Numbered from the stretch's first letter, positions 54,494 to 63,909 are shown. The stretch: 64,000 bases of DNA from an uncultured Caulobacteraceae bacterium (GCA_964563395.1 CAZLWK010000013.1:10000-73999); one strand, 5' to 3'. Made by a program: numbers and translations. The notes: generated from the letters alone by a model not told the origin.

Positions 54494-56620
54494 TCATGGT
54501 CTCCGACTCGAAGCGGCGAGCGCGACCGCGCCATGCAGGCGCAGATCCGCGCAGGACGCGCCGGCCGCCACGCCATAGCTCCCCCCCGCCACGCGCCAGC
54601 CGGGCAGCACGGGATCATAATCGGCCCAGACGCGCGGATCGGCGGCGATGGAGACGCGTCGGCTTTCGCCCGGCTGTAAATGCGCCTTGCCCCAGCCGAT
54701 GAGGCGCAGCGCCGCCCCGCCCGGACGGTTGGTCACGTAAAACTGCACGGTCTCCGCGCCGGCGCGCGCGCCGACATTCGTCACCAGGACGTGCGCGGCG
54801 AGCGCTTCGCCGCCCTCAAGCGTCAATTCGGAATAGGCAAAGCTGGTATAGGAAAGGCCATGCCCGAACGGAAAAAGCGTCGGCCTCTTTCGGCTCGCGA
54901 ACCAGCGATAGCCCACATCCGCGCCTTCAGGATAAGTCACGTCGAATTTCGCGAACGGCGTTTCCTTCGCAAGGTCCGCGCCTGGCAAGGCAGGGTTCGG
55001 CAAGTCCGCCTCGTCGGCGGGAAACGTGATGGGCAGGCGCCCGCTCGGATTGACGTCGCCAAACACGATCGCCGCGATCGCCTCGCCCCCGCGCGCGCCG
55101 GGATACCAAGCCGCAAGGATCGCGCCGACCGCGTCGCGCCATGGCGCAAGCACCGGCCCGCCTGTGATCAGCACGACGGCCGTGCGCGGATTGGCGCGCG
55201 CCACCGCCGCGATCAGCGCATCTTGTCCGTCCGGCAAGGATAAGTTTGGAACGTCGATGAACTCGCTGGTCCATTGCTCGGCGAAGACCAGCGCGACATC
55301 GCAAGACGCCGCGAGCGCGGCGGCGCGCGCGGGATCGGCGCCGTCGTCGAACGCGAAGTCGATCTCCGGCGCGGCGGCCCGCAGCGCCGCCAGCGGCGCG
55401 GACGGCAGCCAGCGTTGGCGCAGGAACGGCGCCCAGAGCGTATCGTTCGCCGGCTTGATTTCCTTGGCGAAGCCGCCCCATGGCACCACGCTCGATGAGC
55501 CCCCGCCCGCCAGCACGCCGATATCGGCATGACCGCCGATCACCGCGATGCGCGAGAGCGATCTTGGCAGCGGCAAAAGCGCGTCGTTCTTCAGGAGAAC
55601 GATCACCTCCTCCGCGGTGCGGCGCGCGACGTCGAGATGGGCGTCGCGATCGATCGTCGGCGCCGGCGCGCCATCGAGGGCGCCCGCGCCGATCAGCGCG
55701 CGCAGCAAGCGCCCGGTCATGTCGTCGAGCTTGGCCTCGGTCAGCGCGCCTTGATCGATCGCCTCGCCGAGCTTTTGAAAAAAGGGCTCGCGATCGAGCT
55801 CCTGCCCGCTCTCCCGATCGAGCCCGGCCTTAGCGGCCTTGGCGCCGGAATGGCACCCGCCCCAATCCGACATCGTGTAGCCGTCAAAGCCCCAATCGCC
55901 CTTGAGCACCGTGTTCAACAGCCAATCGTGCTCGCCGCAATAAATGCCGTTCACTCGATTATACGCTGTCATCACCGAACCGGGCCGGCCACGCTCTATG
56001 CCAATTTGAAACGCCAATAGATCGCTCTCGCGCAGCGGCGCCTCATCGATATTGGCGCTCAGCGACATGCGCCCCGTCTCCTGCGCGTTGAGCGCGAAAT
56101 GCTTGATCGTCGCGACGAGTTGGTTCGATTGCACGCCGCGAATGCTCGCGCCGACCATCACGCCCGCGAGCAGCGGATCCTCGCCCAAATACTCGAAATT
56201 GCGCCCGCAGCGCGGCTCGCGCGTGAGGTTGCAGCCGCCGGCCAACATCACATTGAAGCCCTTGGCGCGCGCTTCCGCGCCGATCATCGCCCCGCCCGCT
56301 TCGGCGAGGTCCTCGTTCCAGGTCGCGGCGATGGCGAGCCCCGACGGCAGCGCGGTGGCCCCCACGCCATCATGCAGATTGGCGACGCCCAGGCTCGCAT
56401 CCGTTTCCTGCTGATCGGGCACGCCGAGACGCGGCACGCCCGGCACAAAACCGGCCGAGCCAAGCGCGCCGTCCGGGGGCGCCGCCCGGCCCGGCGATTT
56501 CGAGCCGATATGACCATTGATCAGCGCGATCTTTTCCTCGCGCGTGAGCGCACGCAGCAAAAGGCGCACGCGCTCCTCGCGCTCAAGCGATGGATCGAGC
56601 CAGGGCTGATTGCTGTTCAC
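54494..56620 (-). CDS. glycoside hydrolase family 3 beta-glucosidase (BglX-like)
   Basis: GH3 N- and C-terminal domains. Nucleophile context GYTMSDWGG. Confidence 0.88.
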   Translation of the reverse strand: MNSNQPWLDPSLEREERVRLLLRALTREEKIALINGHIGSKSPGRAAPPDGALGSAGFVPGVPRLGVPDQQETDASLGVANLHDGVGATALPSGLAIAATWNEDLAEAGGAMIGAEARAKGFNVMLAGGCNLTREPRCGRNFEYLGEDPLLAGVMVGASIRGVQSNQLVATIKHFALNAQETGRMSLSANIDEAPLRESDLLAFQIGIERGRPGSVMTAYNRVNGIYCGEHDWLLNTVLKGDWGFDGYTMSDWGGCHSGAKAAKAGLDRESGQELDREPFFQKLGEAIDQGALTEAKLDDMTGRLLRALIGAGALDGAPAPTIDRDAHLDVARRTAEEVIVLLKNDALLPLPRSLSRIAVIGGHADIGVLAGGGSSSVVPWGGFAKEIKPANDTLWAPFLRQRWLPSAPLAALRAAAPEIDFAFDDGADPARAAALAASCDVALVFAEQWTSEFIDVPNLSLPDGQDALIAAVARANPRTAVVLITGGPVLAPWRDAVGAILAAWYPGARGGEAIAAIVFGDVNPSGRLPITFPADEADLPNPALPGADLAKETPFAKFDVTYPEGADVGYRWFASRKRPTLFPFGHGLSYTSFAYSELTLEGGEALAAHVLVTNVGARAGAETVQFYVTNRPGGAALRLIGWGKAHLQPGESRRVSIAADPRVWADYDPVLPGWRVAGGSYGVAAGASCADLRLHGAVALAASSRRP

Positions 56621-56682
56621 GCGCGGCCTCCCTTAAGGCCGCAGCCTGATGGCCCCTGAAGGCCCGCGCAACAAAAAAGGGG

Positions 56683-57171
56683 CTAATCGCCGGAGCCGGT
56701 TTCCAACTCGTACTGGCTTTGCAGGTAATTTTGCACGCCGATCTGCGCGAGCACGCCAAGCTGCGTTTCGAGGAAATCGATATGCTCCTCGGTGTCGTCG
56801 AGAATATCTGTCAGTATATCGCGAGAGACATAATCCTGCTTCGTTTCGGCCAAGGCGATTGCTTCGATCAGGGTGGCGCGCCCGGTCTGCTCCGCCGCGA
56901 GATCGCAATTGAGCCGCTCCTCGACGGTCTGGCCGATCTTGAGCTTGTGCAAATCCTGGAGATTGGGAAATCCGTCCAGCATCAGGATGCGCTTCATCAG
57001 CCGATCGGCATGGCGCATCTCGCCGATGGATTCCTCGTACGTTTTCTTGGCCAGCTTGCCGAAGCCTTCGTGCTCATAGAGCCGCGAATGCAGGAAATAT
57101 TGATTGACCGAGGTAAGCTCGTTCGTGAGGCAGGCGTTCAACTTCTTTACGACGTCCGGATCGCCCTTCAT
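56683..57171 (-). CDS. bfr: bacterioferritin
   Basis: Start at MKGDPDVVKKLN. ELTSVNQYFLHSRL and EESIGEMRHADRL (heme Met and ferroxidase ligands). Confidence 0.93.
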   Translation of the reverse strand: MKGDPDVVKKLNACLTNELTSVNQYFLHSRLYEHEGFGKLAKKTYEESIGEMRHADRLMKRILMLDGFPNLQDLHKLKIGQTVEERLNCDLAAEQTGRATLIEAIALAETKQDYVSRDILTDILDDTEEHIDFLETQLGVLAQIGVQNYLQSQYELETGSGD

Positions 57172-57272
57172 ATCAGTCCTCAAGGATCAATACGGCGCTC
57201 CGAAACGGTCCCGACGCGCCTCGCCACTGGAAGGACCATGGGTTGCGCCCCAGCGCGATGCAAGCGCGGCCG

Positions 57273-57470
57273 CTAGCCTGCGGCGACGAGGTCGGCGCCG
57301 AGGGCGGCATGGCCCGCGTCCTCGAGGCAATCGGCGATCTCGGGCAGGCAGCGCCCGCAACAGGGCTCCGCGCCATGATGGGCAAGCACGGAACGGGGAC
57401 AACGCGCGCCCGCCTCGATGGCCTCGCTCACTTCACGGTCGGTCACGCCATTGCAATTGCAAACGTACAT
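57273..57470 (-). CDS. bfd: bacterioferritin-associated ferredoxin (Bfd-type 2Fe-2S)
   Basis: Only the last 65 codons of the 256-aa ORF are used. MYVCNCNGVT..CCGRC gives the C-x-C..C-x2-C ligand pattern. Confidence 0.85.
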   Translation of the reverse strand: MYVCNCNGVTDREVSEAIEAGARCPRSVLAHHGAEPCCGRCLPEIADCLEDAGHAALGADLVAAG

Positions 57471-57632
57471 CGAGGGGCCGTCTCCGCCGCGATTGACTCG
57501 CAACAGCATCTTTAGCGGTCCCGGTCGGCGATTGCAAGTCATTCGCATAAGGTGAATGGCCCCCGGGCGCAGGCGCTTTGGATACGCGGCGCGCTGGGCT
57601 AGACACGCGCGCTTCGCAGCGCAGGAAACTTC

Positions 57633-58952
57633 ATGCCCGCCAAGGCCCCCAAAGTCGGCATTGTCAGTCTCGGCTGTCCCAAGGCGCTGGTCGACAGCGA
57701 GCGCATCGTCACGCGCTTGCGCAGTGAGGGCTACCGCCTCTCCAACGATTATGCCGGCGCCGATCTCGTGGTGGTGAACACGTGCGGCTTCCTGGACAGC
57801 GCCAAGGCGGAAAGCCTCGAAGCGATCGGCGAGGCGCTCGCGGAAAACGGCAAGGTCGTCGTCACCGGCTGCCTTGGCAAGGAGGCCGATCTCATTCGCG
57901 CGGCCCATCCCAGCGTCCTCGCCATCACCGGGCCGCACCAATATGAGGCGGTGATGGAGGCGGTGCATGCGCATCTGCCGCCCAAGCACGATCCGAAGAT
58001 CGACCTCGTGCCGGAGGCCGGGTTTCGCCTCACGCCGCGCCATTTCGCCTACCTGAAAATTTCCGAAGGCTGCAACAATCGCTGCAGCTTTTGCATCATC
58101 CCAAGCATTCGCGGCGATCTTTCGTCACGGCCGATCAATGCCGTTCTGAAGGAGGCCGAAGCGCTGGTGAAAGGCGGCGTGAAGGAAATCCTCGTCATCA
58201 GCCAGGACACCTCCGCCTATGGCGTCGACATCAAATACGCCGAGAGCAAATGGAAGGACCGCGCTGTGCGCGCGCGCTTCTTCGATCTCGCCAAGGAATT
58301 GGGCGAGCTCGGCGTGTGGATTCGCCTGCACTACGTCTATCCCTATCCGCATGTGGACGACGTGGTTCCGCTCATGGCGGACGGAAAAATACTCCCCTAT
58401 CTCGACATCCCCTTTCAGCATGCGAGCCCGCGCGTGCTGAAGGCGATGCGCCGCCCGGCCAATCAGGAGCGCGTGCTTGAGCGCATCGCGCATTGGCGCG
58501 CGCTCTGCCCGGACCTCACCATCCGCTCGTCCTTCATCGTCGGCTTTCCCGGCGAAACCGAGGAAGATTTCGAAACGCTGCTCGACTTCATCGAAGAGGC
58601 CAAGATCGATCGCGCCGGCGTGTTCAAATACGAGAATGTCGAGGGCGCGCCTTCGCGCGATCTGCCCGATCATGTCGAGCAAGATGTCATCGATGAACGC
58701 TGGGAGCGCTTCAACGAAGTGCAGACCGCGCTGGCCGATGCGCGCGCGCAATCGCTGATCGGGGCGGAGCTCGACGTCATCATAGACGGCTGGGACGAGG
58801 ACGAAAACGCCTACGCCGCACGCTCCAAGGCGGACGCGCCGGAAATCGACGGCATCGTCCATGTGGAGACCGAACGCGATCTTGACGCCGGCGACATCGT
58901 GCGCGTCACGGCTCACGCGGCGGAAGGCCACGAATTGCGCGCAAAACTCTAG
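57633..58952 (+). CDS. rimO: ribosomal protein S12 methylthiotransferase RimO
   Basis: UPF0004 N-domain, radical-SAM [12 protein letters not shown]-terminal TRAM domain. Confidence 0.93.
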   Translation: MPAKAPKVGIVSLGCPKALVDSERIVTRLRSEGYRLSNDYAGADLVVVNTCGFLDSAKAESLEAIGEALAENGKVVVTGCLGKEADLIRAAHPSVLAITGPHQYEAVMEAVHAHLPPKHDPKIDLVPEAGFRLTPRHFAYLKISEGCNNRCSFCIIPSIRGDLSSRPINAVLKEAEALVKGGVKEILVISQDTSAYGVDIKYAESKWKDRAVRARFFDLAKELGELGVWIRLHYVYPYPHVDDVVPLMADGKILPYLDIPFQHASPRVLKAMRRPANQERVLERIAHWRALCPDLTIRSSFIVGFPGETEEDFETLLDFIEEAKIDRAGVFKYENVEGAPSRDLPDHVEQDVIDERWERFNEVQTALADARAQSLIGAELDVIIDGWDEDENAYAARSKADAPEIDGIVHVETERDLDAGDIVRVTAHAAEGHELRAKL

Positions 58953-58996
58953 CTTTCACCGCGTGCGCGTCGCATGCTTCCAGCAGGGAGGAAACC

Positions 58997-59491
58997 ATGT
59001 CGGCGCGCAAAACAATCAATGACGCCTTCGGCGGCCAGCTCACCACGCTGGAGGAGCAGCGCGTCATCTGGGCCGATGCGCTGCACGAAGACGCAATCTG
59101 GGAAGGTCCGATGTTCGAAAAGCCGATCCAGATGATCGGCCGTGAAGCGACGAGCCGTTTCTTCGAATTGCTGCTCAGCGTCGTGCCGCGCTTCTCAACC
59201 GCTCTTGTGGGCGCCTATCCGACGCAAGACCCTGACACCATCATAATAGAATCCCATGGCGGGGGTCCCACCAAGGATGGCGGGCGCTACACGCAGCGCT
59301 ATTTTTCTTTGGTCACCACCAAGAACGGTCAGGCGTTTCGCATGCGCGAATATTGCAATCCGTTCCAGACCTACAAAGCCTTCGGCAAGGCGCATTGGGA
59401 GCGCGAGACGGACCGCATCATGCGCGAGTTCAACGCGCCCTGGCCCGCCTCGCAAGCGCCCGACCCCATTCAATTGCCGCCGACCGTTTAA
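58997..59491 (+). CDS. NTF2/SnoaL-like fold protein (PhzA/B-like)
   Basis: 164 aa. Size and pattern resemble the SnoaL/PhzB superfamily. Weak, by recollection only. Confidence 0.5.
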   Translation: MSARKTINDAFGGQLTTLEEQRVIWADALHEDAIWEGPMFEKPIQMIGREATSRFFELLLSVVPRFSTALVGAYPTQDPDTIIIESHGGGPTKDGGRYTQRYFSLVTTKNGQAFRMREYCNPFQTYKAFGKAHWERETDRIMREFNAPWPASQAPDPIQLPPTV

Positions 59492-59502
59492 GGACACCGC
59501 CG

Positions 59503-60276
59503 ATGGATCTGGGTCTTGAAGGCAAAGTCATCTTCATCGCCGGCGCGAGCCGCGGCATCGGCCTTGGCATTGCGGAAATCTTGTTGAGGGAAGGCGCGAA
59601 GGTCGCGCTCACGGCGCGCGGCGCAGACGCGCTTGAGGCGACGCGCGCCGGCTTCGCCAAGACCTATGGCGCGGACAGAGTCTGGTCCTTCGCCGGCGAC
59701 ATGACGCAGACCGCGCCGATCGAAGAGGCGATCGCGCACTGCGAAAGCGCGTTCGGCCCCATTCATGGCGCCGTCGCCAATGTGGGGCTCTCGCCCTCGC
59801 CGCTCGGCTTCGAGGTGAGCGATGAGGATTGGCAGGGCGGGCTCGATCAGAACCTGAACGCGGCGTTCCGGCTCGCGCGCGCGAGCCTGGGCCGCATGAG
59901 CGCGCGCAAGGCCGGCGCGCTCGTGCTGATCAGCTCGATCGCGGGGATCGGCGCGCTCGGCACGCCGCTCGTCTATGGCGCCACGAAGGCGGCGGTGAAC
60001 CATATGGGCAAGGCGCTCGCGCGCGACACCGCGAAAACCGGCGTGCGCGTCAATGTGATCGCGCCAGGCAACATCATTTTTCCCGACGGCGCGTGGGAGA
60101 AGAACGCCACCGGCCCGCGCGCCGAGGCTTGGGATCGCTGGATCAAGCGTGAAGTGCCGATGCAGCGTTACGGGACGCCAGAGGAGATCGGCGACATGAC
60201 CGCGTTTCTGCTCAGCGACCGCGCGAGCTTCGTGAACGGCGCATTGATCCCGGTCGATGGCGGCCAGACACGCTAG
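59503..60276 (+). CDS. SDR-family oxidoreductase
   Basis: Start at MDLGLEGKVIFIAGASRGIGLG. YGATKAA active site. Confidence 0.88.
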   Translation: MDLGLEGKVIFIAGASRGIGLGIAEILLREGAKVALTARGADALEATRAGFAKTYGADRVWSFAGDMTQTAPIEEAIAHCESAFGPIHGAVANVGLSPSPLGFEVSDEDWQGGLDQNLNAAFRLARASLGRMSARKAGALVLISSIAGIGALGTPLVYGATKAAVNHMGKALARDTAKTGVRVNVIAPGNIIFPDGAWEKNATGPRAEAWDRWIKREVPMQRYGTPEEIGDMTAFLLSDRASFVNGALIPVDGGQTR

Positions 60277-60329
60277 GCATCAAGGCATCAAATTCTTGAC
60301 ATCAAGGCATCAAAGCGGTAGCTTGAGAG
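60277..60329 (+). promoter_or_regulatory. sigma-70-like promoter with direct-repeat operator candidates for vapBC
   Basis: TTGACA (60296-60301), 17-nt spacer, TAGCTT (60319-60324). 15-nt direct repeat CATCAAGGCATCAAA at 60278-60292 and 60300-60314. ATG lies 6 nt after the -10. Confidence 0.5.
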
Positions 60330-60581
60330 ATGCGCACGACTTTGACCCTCGATGACGACGTCGCCGCCCAGCTTGAGCAGCTGCGCGAGCGCGGCGATGC
60401 GCCCTTCAAGGACATCGTCAATGAAGCGCTGCGCCGCGGCCTCCGCGACATGGCGAGCAAGCCCAAATCGCGCAAACCGTTCCGCACCAAGGGCCTCGAC
60501 ATCGTCTTGCTCGTGGACGATCCGAAGGAAGCTCTCCGCCTAATGGATGAGGAATATGACCGGAAGAAACTTGGCTTGTGA
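60330..60581 (+). CDS. vapB: type II antitoxin (ribbon-helix-helix, VapB-like)
   Basis: MRTTLTLDDDVAAQLEQL.. RHH pattern. 83 aa. GTGA overlap with the PIN gene. Confidence 0.8.
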   Translation: MRTTLTLDDDVAAQLEQLRERGDAPFKDIVNEALRRGLRDMASKPKSRKPFRTKGLDIVLLVDDPKEALRLMDEEYDRKKLGL

Positions 60582-61009
60582 TTCTGGTCGACATCAACAT
60601 TCTTATCTATGCTGCGGCTAACAATTCGCCCAAACAACCATCTGCGCGTACATGGCTAGATGGTCAATTCAGCGCCGGGGTCCGCGTGGGTTTACCTTGG
60701 CACGTCTTGTTGGGGTTTGTTCGAATCACAACCAATCCACGCTTCGCCGCAAACGCGTCTTCTGCGCAGGCTGCCTGGAACCAAATTTGCGCGTGGCTTG
60801 AAAATGACGGCGTCTGGATCCCGCAGCCGACATCGCGCCATCAGGATATCTTCGCGCGCCTTTTGCGCGAGGCCGATATTCGCGGCGATCTCGTATCGGA
60901 CGCGCATCTTGCAACGCTCGCAATCGAACACGGGCTGACGCTGTGCTCAACCGACCGTGATTTCGCGCGGTTCCCGGGACTGCGGTGGACTGACCCGCTG
61001 AAGCCCTGA
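60578..61009 (+). CDS. vapC: PIN-domain toxin VapC
   Basis: ILVDINILIYA (first acidic residue), later SDAHLATLA and CSTDRDF acidic residues. 143 aa. Confidence 0.85.
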   Translation: MILVDINILIYAAANNSPKQPSARTWLDGQFSAGVRVGLPWHVLLGFVRITTNPRFAANASSAQAAWNQICAWLENDGVWIPQPTSRHQDIFARLLREADIRGDLVSDAHLATLAIEHGLTLCSTDRDFARFPGLRWTDPLKP

Positions 61010-61013
61010 TCGG

Positions 61014-61562
61014 CTATTTCACCACCTTGGCTTCACCCATCGTCATATAGACGACCGGTCCGTCCGTGGGCCCGCGATAGGCGCCGGCGGCGGCGTTCAC
61101 CTTCATCGCCACCGATGTAAGCCGCCACGCTTCCGCCTCGGTGACTTTCAGCGAGCGCTCGGTCAATTCCGGAAGATCGTGCTTGTCGCCGAACCAGCGC
61201 GTGCGCTCGGCGTCGGCGCGCAGACGCGGCTGTACGCTCGGATGATCCCAGCCCCAGGTGAACATGGAGGTGTTGGGGTTCCAGGCGCCGATGATTTGCA
61301 CCGGCGCCGTGACCAGCGCGCCGTCCTTGCGAATGAATCGGATGAGCCCAGTCTCCTGATCCACCGCCCATTCGGCCGCGCGCAGGCGCAAGCGCTTGGT
61401 CAGTTCCTTCTGACGCAGATTGAGATCGACCCAGGCCTCCGCCCAAAACCGATCGACATCCACGCGCTCCCCGCCCCACGGCGCGAGCGCGCGGCTCGGC
61501 CGATAAAGCTCCACCTGCGGCGAGGCCGCCGGCTCAGCCTTGTCTCGGGCGCGAAAAACCAT
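61014..61562 (-). CDS. hypothetical protein (possibly DUF6882-like)
   Basis: 182 aa. QIIGAWNPNTSMFTWGWDHPS pattern. Family name is from memory only. Confidence 0.5.
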   Translation of the reverse strand: MVFRARDKAEPAASPQVELYRPSRALAPWGGERVDVDRFWAEAWVDLNLRQKELTKRLRLRAAEWAVDQETGLIRFIRKDGALVTAPVQIIGAWNPNTSMFTWGWDHPSVQPRLRADAERTRWFGDKHDLPELTERSLKVTEAEAWRLTSVAMKVNAAAGAYRGPTDGPVVYMTMGEAKVVK

Positions 61563-61635
61563 GCATCCCCTTCACGAGCGCGATTGTGGATAAACCAGTT
61601 CGTCGCGTCCGTGAATCCCCCGGTGCATGAAGGCT

Positions 61636-62421
61636 TCATACATCTCCGACCTTGCGGCCGCCGCGGCCGATCGTGAGCGCCTTGATGACGCCGCGTAAGG
61701 TGGAGACCTCCTGCTCCGTCAGCCGCGCGCGCAGAAACAGCGAGCGCAAATTGCGCTTCATCAGCGGCGTCTTGTCTGGCGGATGAAAGAAGCGGCCGCG
61801 CTCGAGCTCGGCCTCCAGATGCGTGAACAGCGCCTCCAATTCGCCCTGCGTTGCGGGCGGGCTCACGGGATCGCGAAACCATTCGGGGATGTCCGCCTCT
61901 TGGCGCGTTTCGCCATAAGCGAAGCAGAACAGCGCCGCCGCCTGCGCAAGATTGATCGATGGAAAGCCCGGATTGGTCGGGTAGGTCAAAATGGCGTCGG
62001 CGCGCGCCACCTCCTCGCTTTCAAGCCCTGAGGCTTCCGGCCCGAACATCATTATGGGCCGCTCGCCGGCGGCGATCGCGGCGCGCACGTTCGCGGCGGC
62101 CTCGCGCGGACCCCACACCGGCTTCTCCAGATGGCGCGGCCGGGCGGTCGCGGCGATCACCAGGGTCGCATCCGCCAGCGCGGCGTCAAGCGACCACTCA
62201 AGACGCGCGCCATCCAACACCCGATCAGCGCCGGAGGCGACCGCATAGGCCTTCGGATTGGGCCAAGCGTCGCGCGGTTCGACGATGCGCAAGGAAATCA
62301 AACCGAAATTGAGCATGGCCCGCGCGACCGAGCCGATATTCTCGCCCATCTGGGGACGCACCAGGCACAAGGCCGGCCAAGGCTCCTCAATCGGCGGGGG
62401 CATGTCGGGCGCGCGCGTCAT
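61636..62421 (-). CDS. SpoU/TrmH-family RNA 2-prime-O-methyltransferase (TrmJ-like)
   Basis: LVRPQMGENIGSVARAMLNFG, MMFGPEASGL, INLAQAAALF motifs. Confidence 0.85.
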   Translation of the reverse strand: MTRAPDMPPPIEEPWPALCLVRPQMGENIGSVARAMLNFGLISLRIVEPRDAWPNPKAYAVASGADRVLDGARLEWSLDAALADATLVIAATARPRHLEKPVWGPREAAANVRAAIAAGERPIMMFGPEASGLESEEVARADAILTYPTNPGFPSINLAQAAALFCFAYGETRQEADIPEWFRDPVSPPATQGELEALFTHLEAELERGRFFHPPDKTPLMKRNLRSLFLRARLTEQEVSTLRGVIKALTIGRGGRKVGDV

Positions 62422-62526
62422 CGCCGCCGGCTTATAAAGCGCGCCGCGCGCGAAAGCGCGGTTTTCGCGCGAACGGCGAACCGCTTCGTGCTAAGCACCC
62501 TTTGGGCAGGAGGGGAGAGACGTGGC

Positions 62527-63909
62527 GTGACGGACGTCTTCATTTCCTATGCGCGCGCCGACCGCGACCGCGTGCGCCTCATCGCGCATGGCCTCGCCGC
62601 CGAGGGCTTCGCGGTATGGTGGGATCCGGCGATAAAGCCAGGCAAGAAATGGAACGACGTGATCCGCAAATCGCTGGAGTCGGCGGCGGCGGTGGTGACG
62701 CTTTGGACGCCGGCTTCGGCGAAATCCAATTGGGTGGTCGCGGAATCCAATCACGCCAACAATCGCCGCGCGCTCGTGCCCGCGCTGCTCAAGCGCTGCG
62801 ATCCGCCGATCCCGTTCAACATGATCCAAAGCGCCGATCTCACGCATTGGCGCGGCGACGGCGCCGATCCGGAATGGCGCGCGCTCCTCGAACGCGTGCG
62901 CGCCCTTGTCGAGGCCAAGCGGCGCCTTGTGGCGGCCGCGCCCCCGCCCGGTGAGGCGCATGGCGCCGAGCGCGTCGGGGCGCGCCCGGGGTCCAGCGCC
63001 GCGGCGGACCAATATCGGCGCGCGCCTCGCGGCGGGCTCGGCCCGCGTGTGTCCCGCTTTCTCGCCACGACGGGCGTCACCGCCCTCGTCTTGACCGCCG
63101 GCCTCTGGATCGGCGGCGTGCTGATCGACATCGCCAATGGCCCAAGCCGCGCGCCCTCCGGACCGCCGCGGATGGAAACCGCCGACGCGCCAGCGCCCGC
63201 CGACCCGTTCGACACCGCCGCCTTGGCGCCGGCCGAGATCGAACCCGACCCGCTTCCGGCAACTACGCCGCTGCCGGCTCGGTCCGCGCCGCAACCGCCC
63301 GTCGAAACCACGCCCCCGCCAGAGCCGTCGCCCTCCGCGCCGGCGGACGCCCTGCCCCCGGCCCCGGAACCGCGCGCGGAGGCCGGGCTCGACGCGTGCG
63401 CCTCCCGTCTCGTCGCCGCCTGCCCCACCGCATCCGGCCGCGCCGCGCTCGATTTCACGCGCGACGGCGTCCTGAACGCCGAGGAAGCGCGCTTCTTGAC
63501 GGCCATGCGGATCAGCGTCGCGCCCGCGCTGCTTGAGAATGTGCGCGCATGCCGGGCTCTCACCGCCGAGACCGCCGGGCCCGATATCCGCCGCGCCTGC
63601 GTCGGCGTGCGCTTCGCCGAACCCGCGCCGCCACCGCCCGCCGCCGCGCCGGAGACCAAGCCTCCGACGACAGGGCAGCAGACGGACGAGCCCGAAAGCG
63701 GCGTTTTCGGCGTCGACGTCAGAGACCTCATAGGCCGCATTCTACGGCGCAACGAAGCCCAGCCGGCGCCGCCAAACGAGCCCGCGCCCACCCCGACGAG
63801 CCCGCCATCCGCGCCGCTGCGCGAGCGTGTCATCGTCGCGCCGTCGGCGACACAATTGAACGAGGTTGAGGCCCAGGAGCCGCCGCCGGAGGCGCCGGTG
63901 ATCCGCTGA
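62527..63909 (+). CDS. TIR-domain protein with one TM segment and Pro-rich, four-Cys C-terminal region
   Basis: Start taken at GTG 62527 (purine-rich GGGGAGAGA upstream). TIR motifs DVFISYARADR and SNWVVAES (conserved Glu). TM FLATTGVTALVLTAGLWIGGVLI. Confidence 0.75.
   Translation: MTDVFISYARADRDRVRLIAHGLAAEGFAVWWDPAIKPGKKWNDVIRKSLESAAAVVTLWTPASAKSNWVVAESNHANNRRALVPALLKRCDPPIPFNMIQSADLTHWRGDGADPEWRALLERVRALVEAKRRLVAAAPPPGEAHGAERVGARPGSSAAADQYRRAPRGGLGPRVSRFLATTGVTALVLTAGLWIGGVLIDIANGPSRAPSGPPRMETADAPAPADPFDTAALAPAEIEPDPLPATTPLPARSAPQPPVETTPPPEPSPSAPADALPPAPEPRAEAGLDACASRLVAACPTASGRAALDFTRDGVLNAEEARFLTAMRISVAPALLENVRACRALTAETAGPDIRRACVGVRFAEPAPPPPAAAPETKPPTTGQQTDEPESGVFGVDVRDLIGRILRRNEAQPAPPNEPAPTPTSPPSAPLRERVIVAPSATQLNEVEAQEPPPEAPVIR

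Noticed and set aside
57451-57462. Perfect 12-nt palindrome TTGCAATTGCAA.
   Set aside because: It lies inside bfd and simply encodes the C-N-C-N cluster-ligand residues (TGC AAT TGC AAT read on the coding strand). The symmetry is explained by coding.
57273-58043. 256-aa ORF listed for the bfd locus. The track also gives long N-terminal extensions for ORFs at 21454-22701, 62131-63909, 51891-52892 and 59353-60276.
   Set aside because: The upstream parts are Arg-rich and overlap neighbouring genes or promoter regions. Family-conserved sequence begins at internal starts, which were used instead.
60277-60314. Short GCATCAA repeats considered as a CRISPR or other repeat array.
   Set aside because: There are only four 7-nt units (two 15-nt copies) and they overlap a promoter. 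This fits an operator, not an array.
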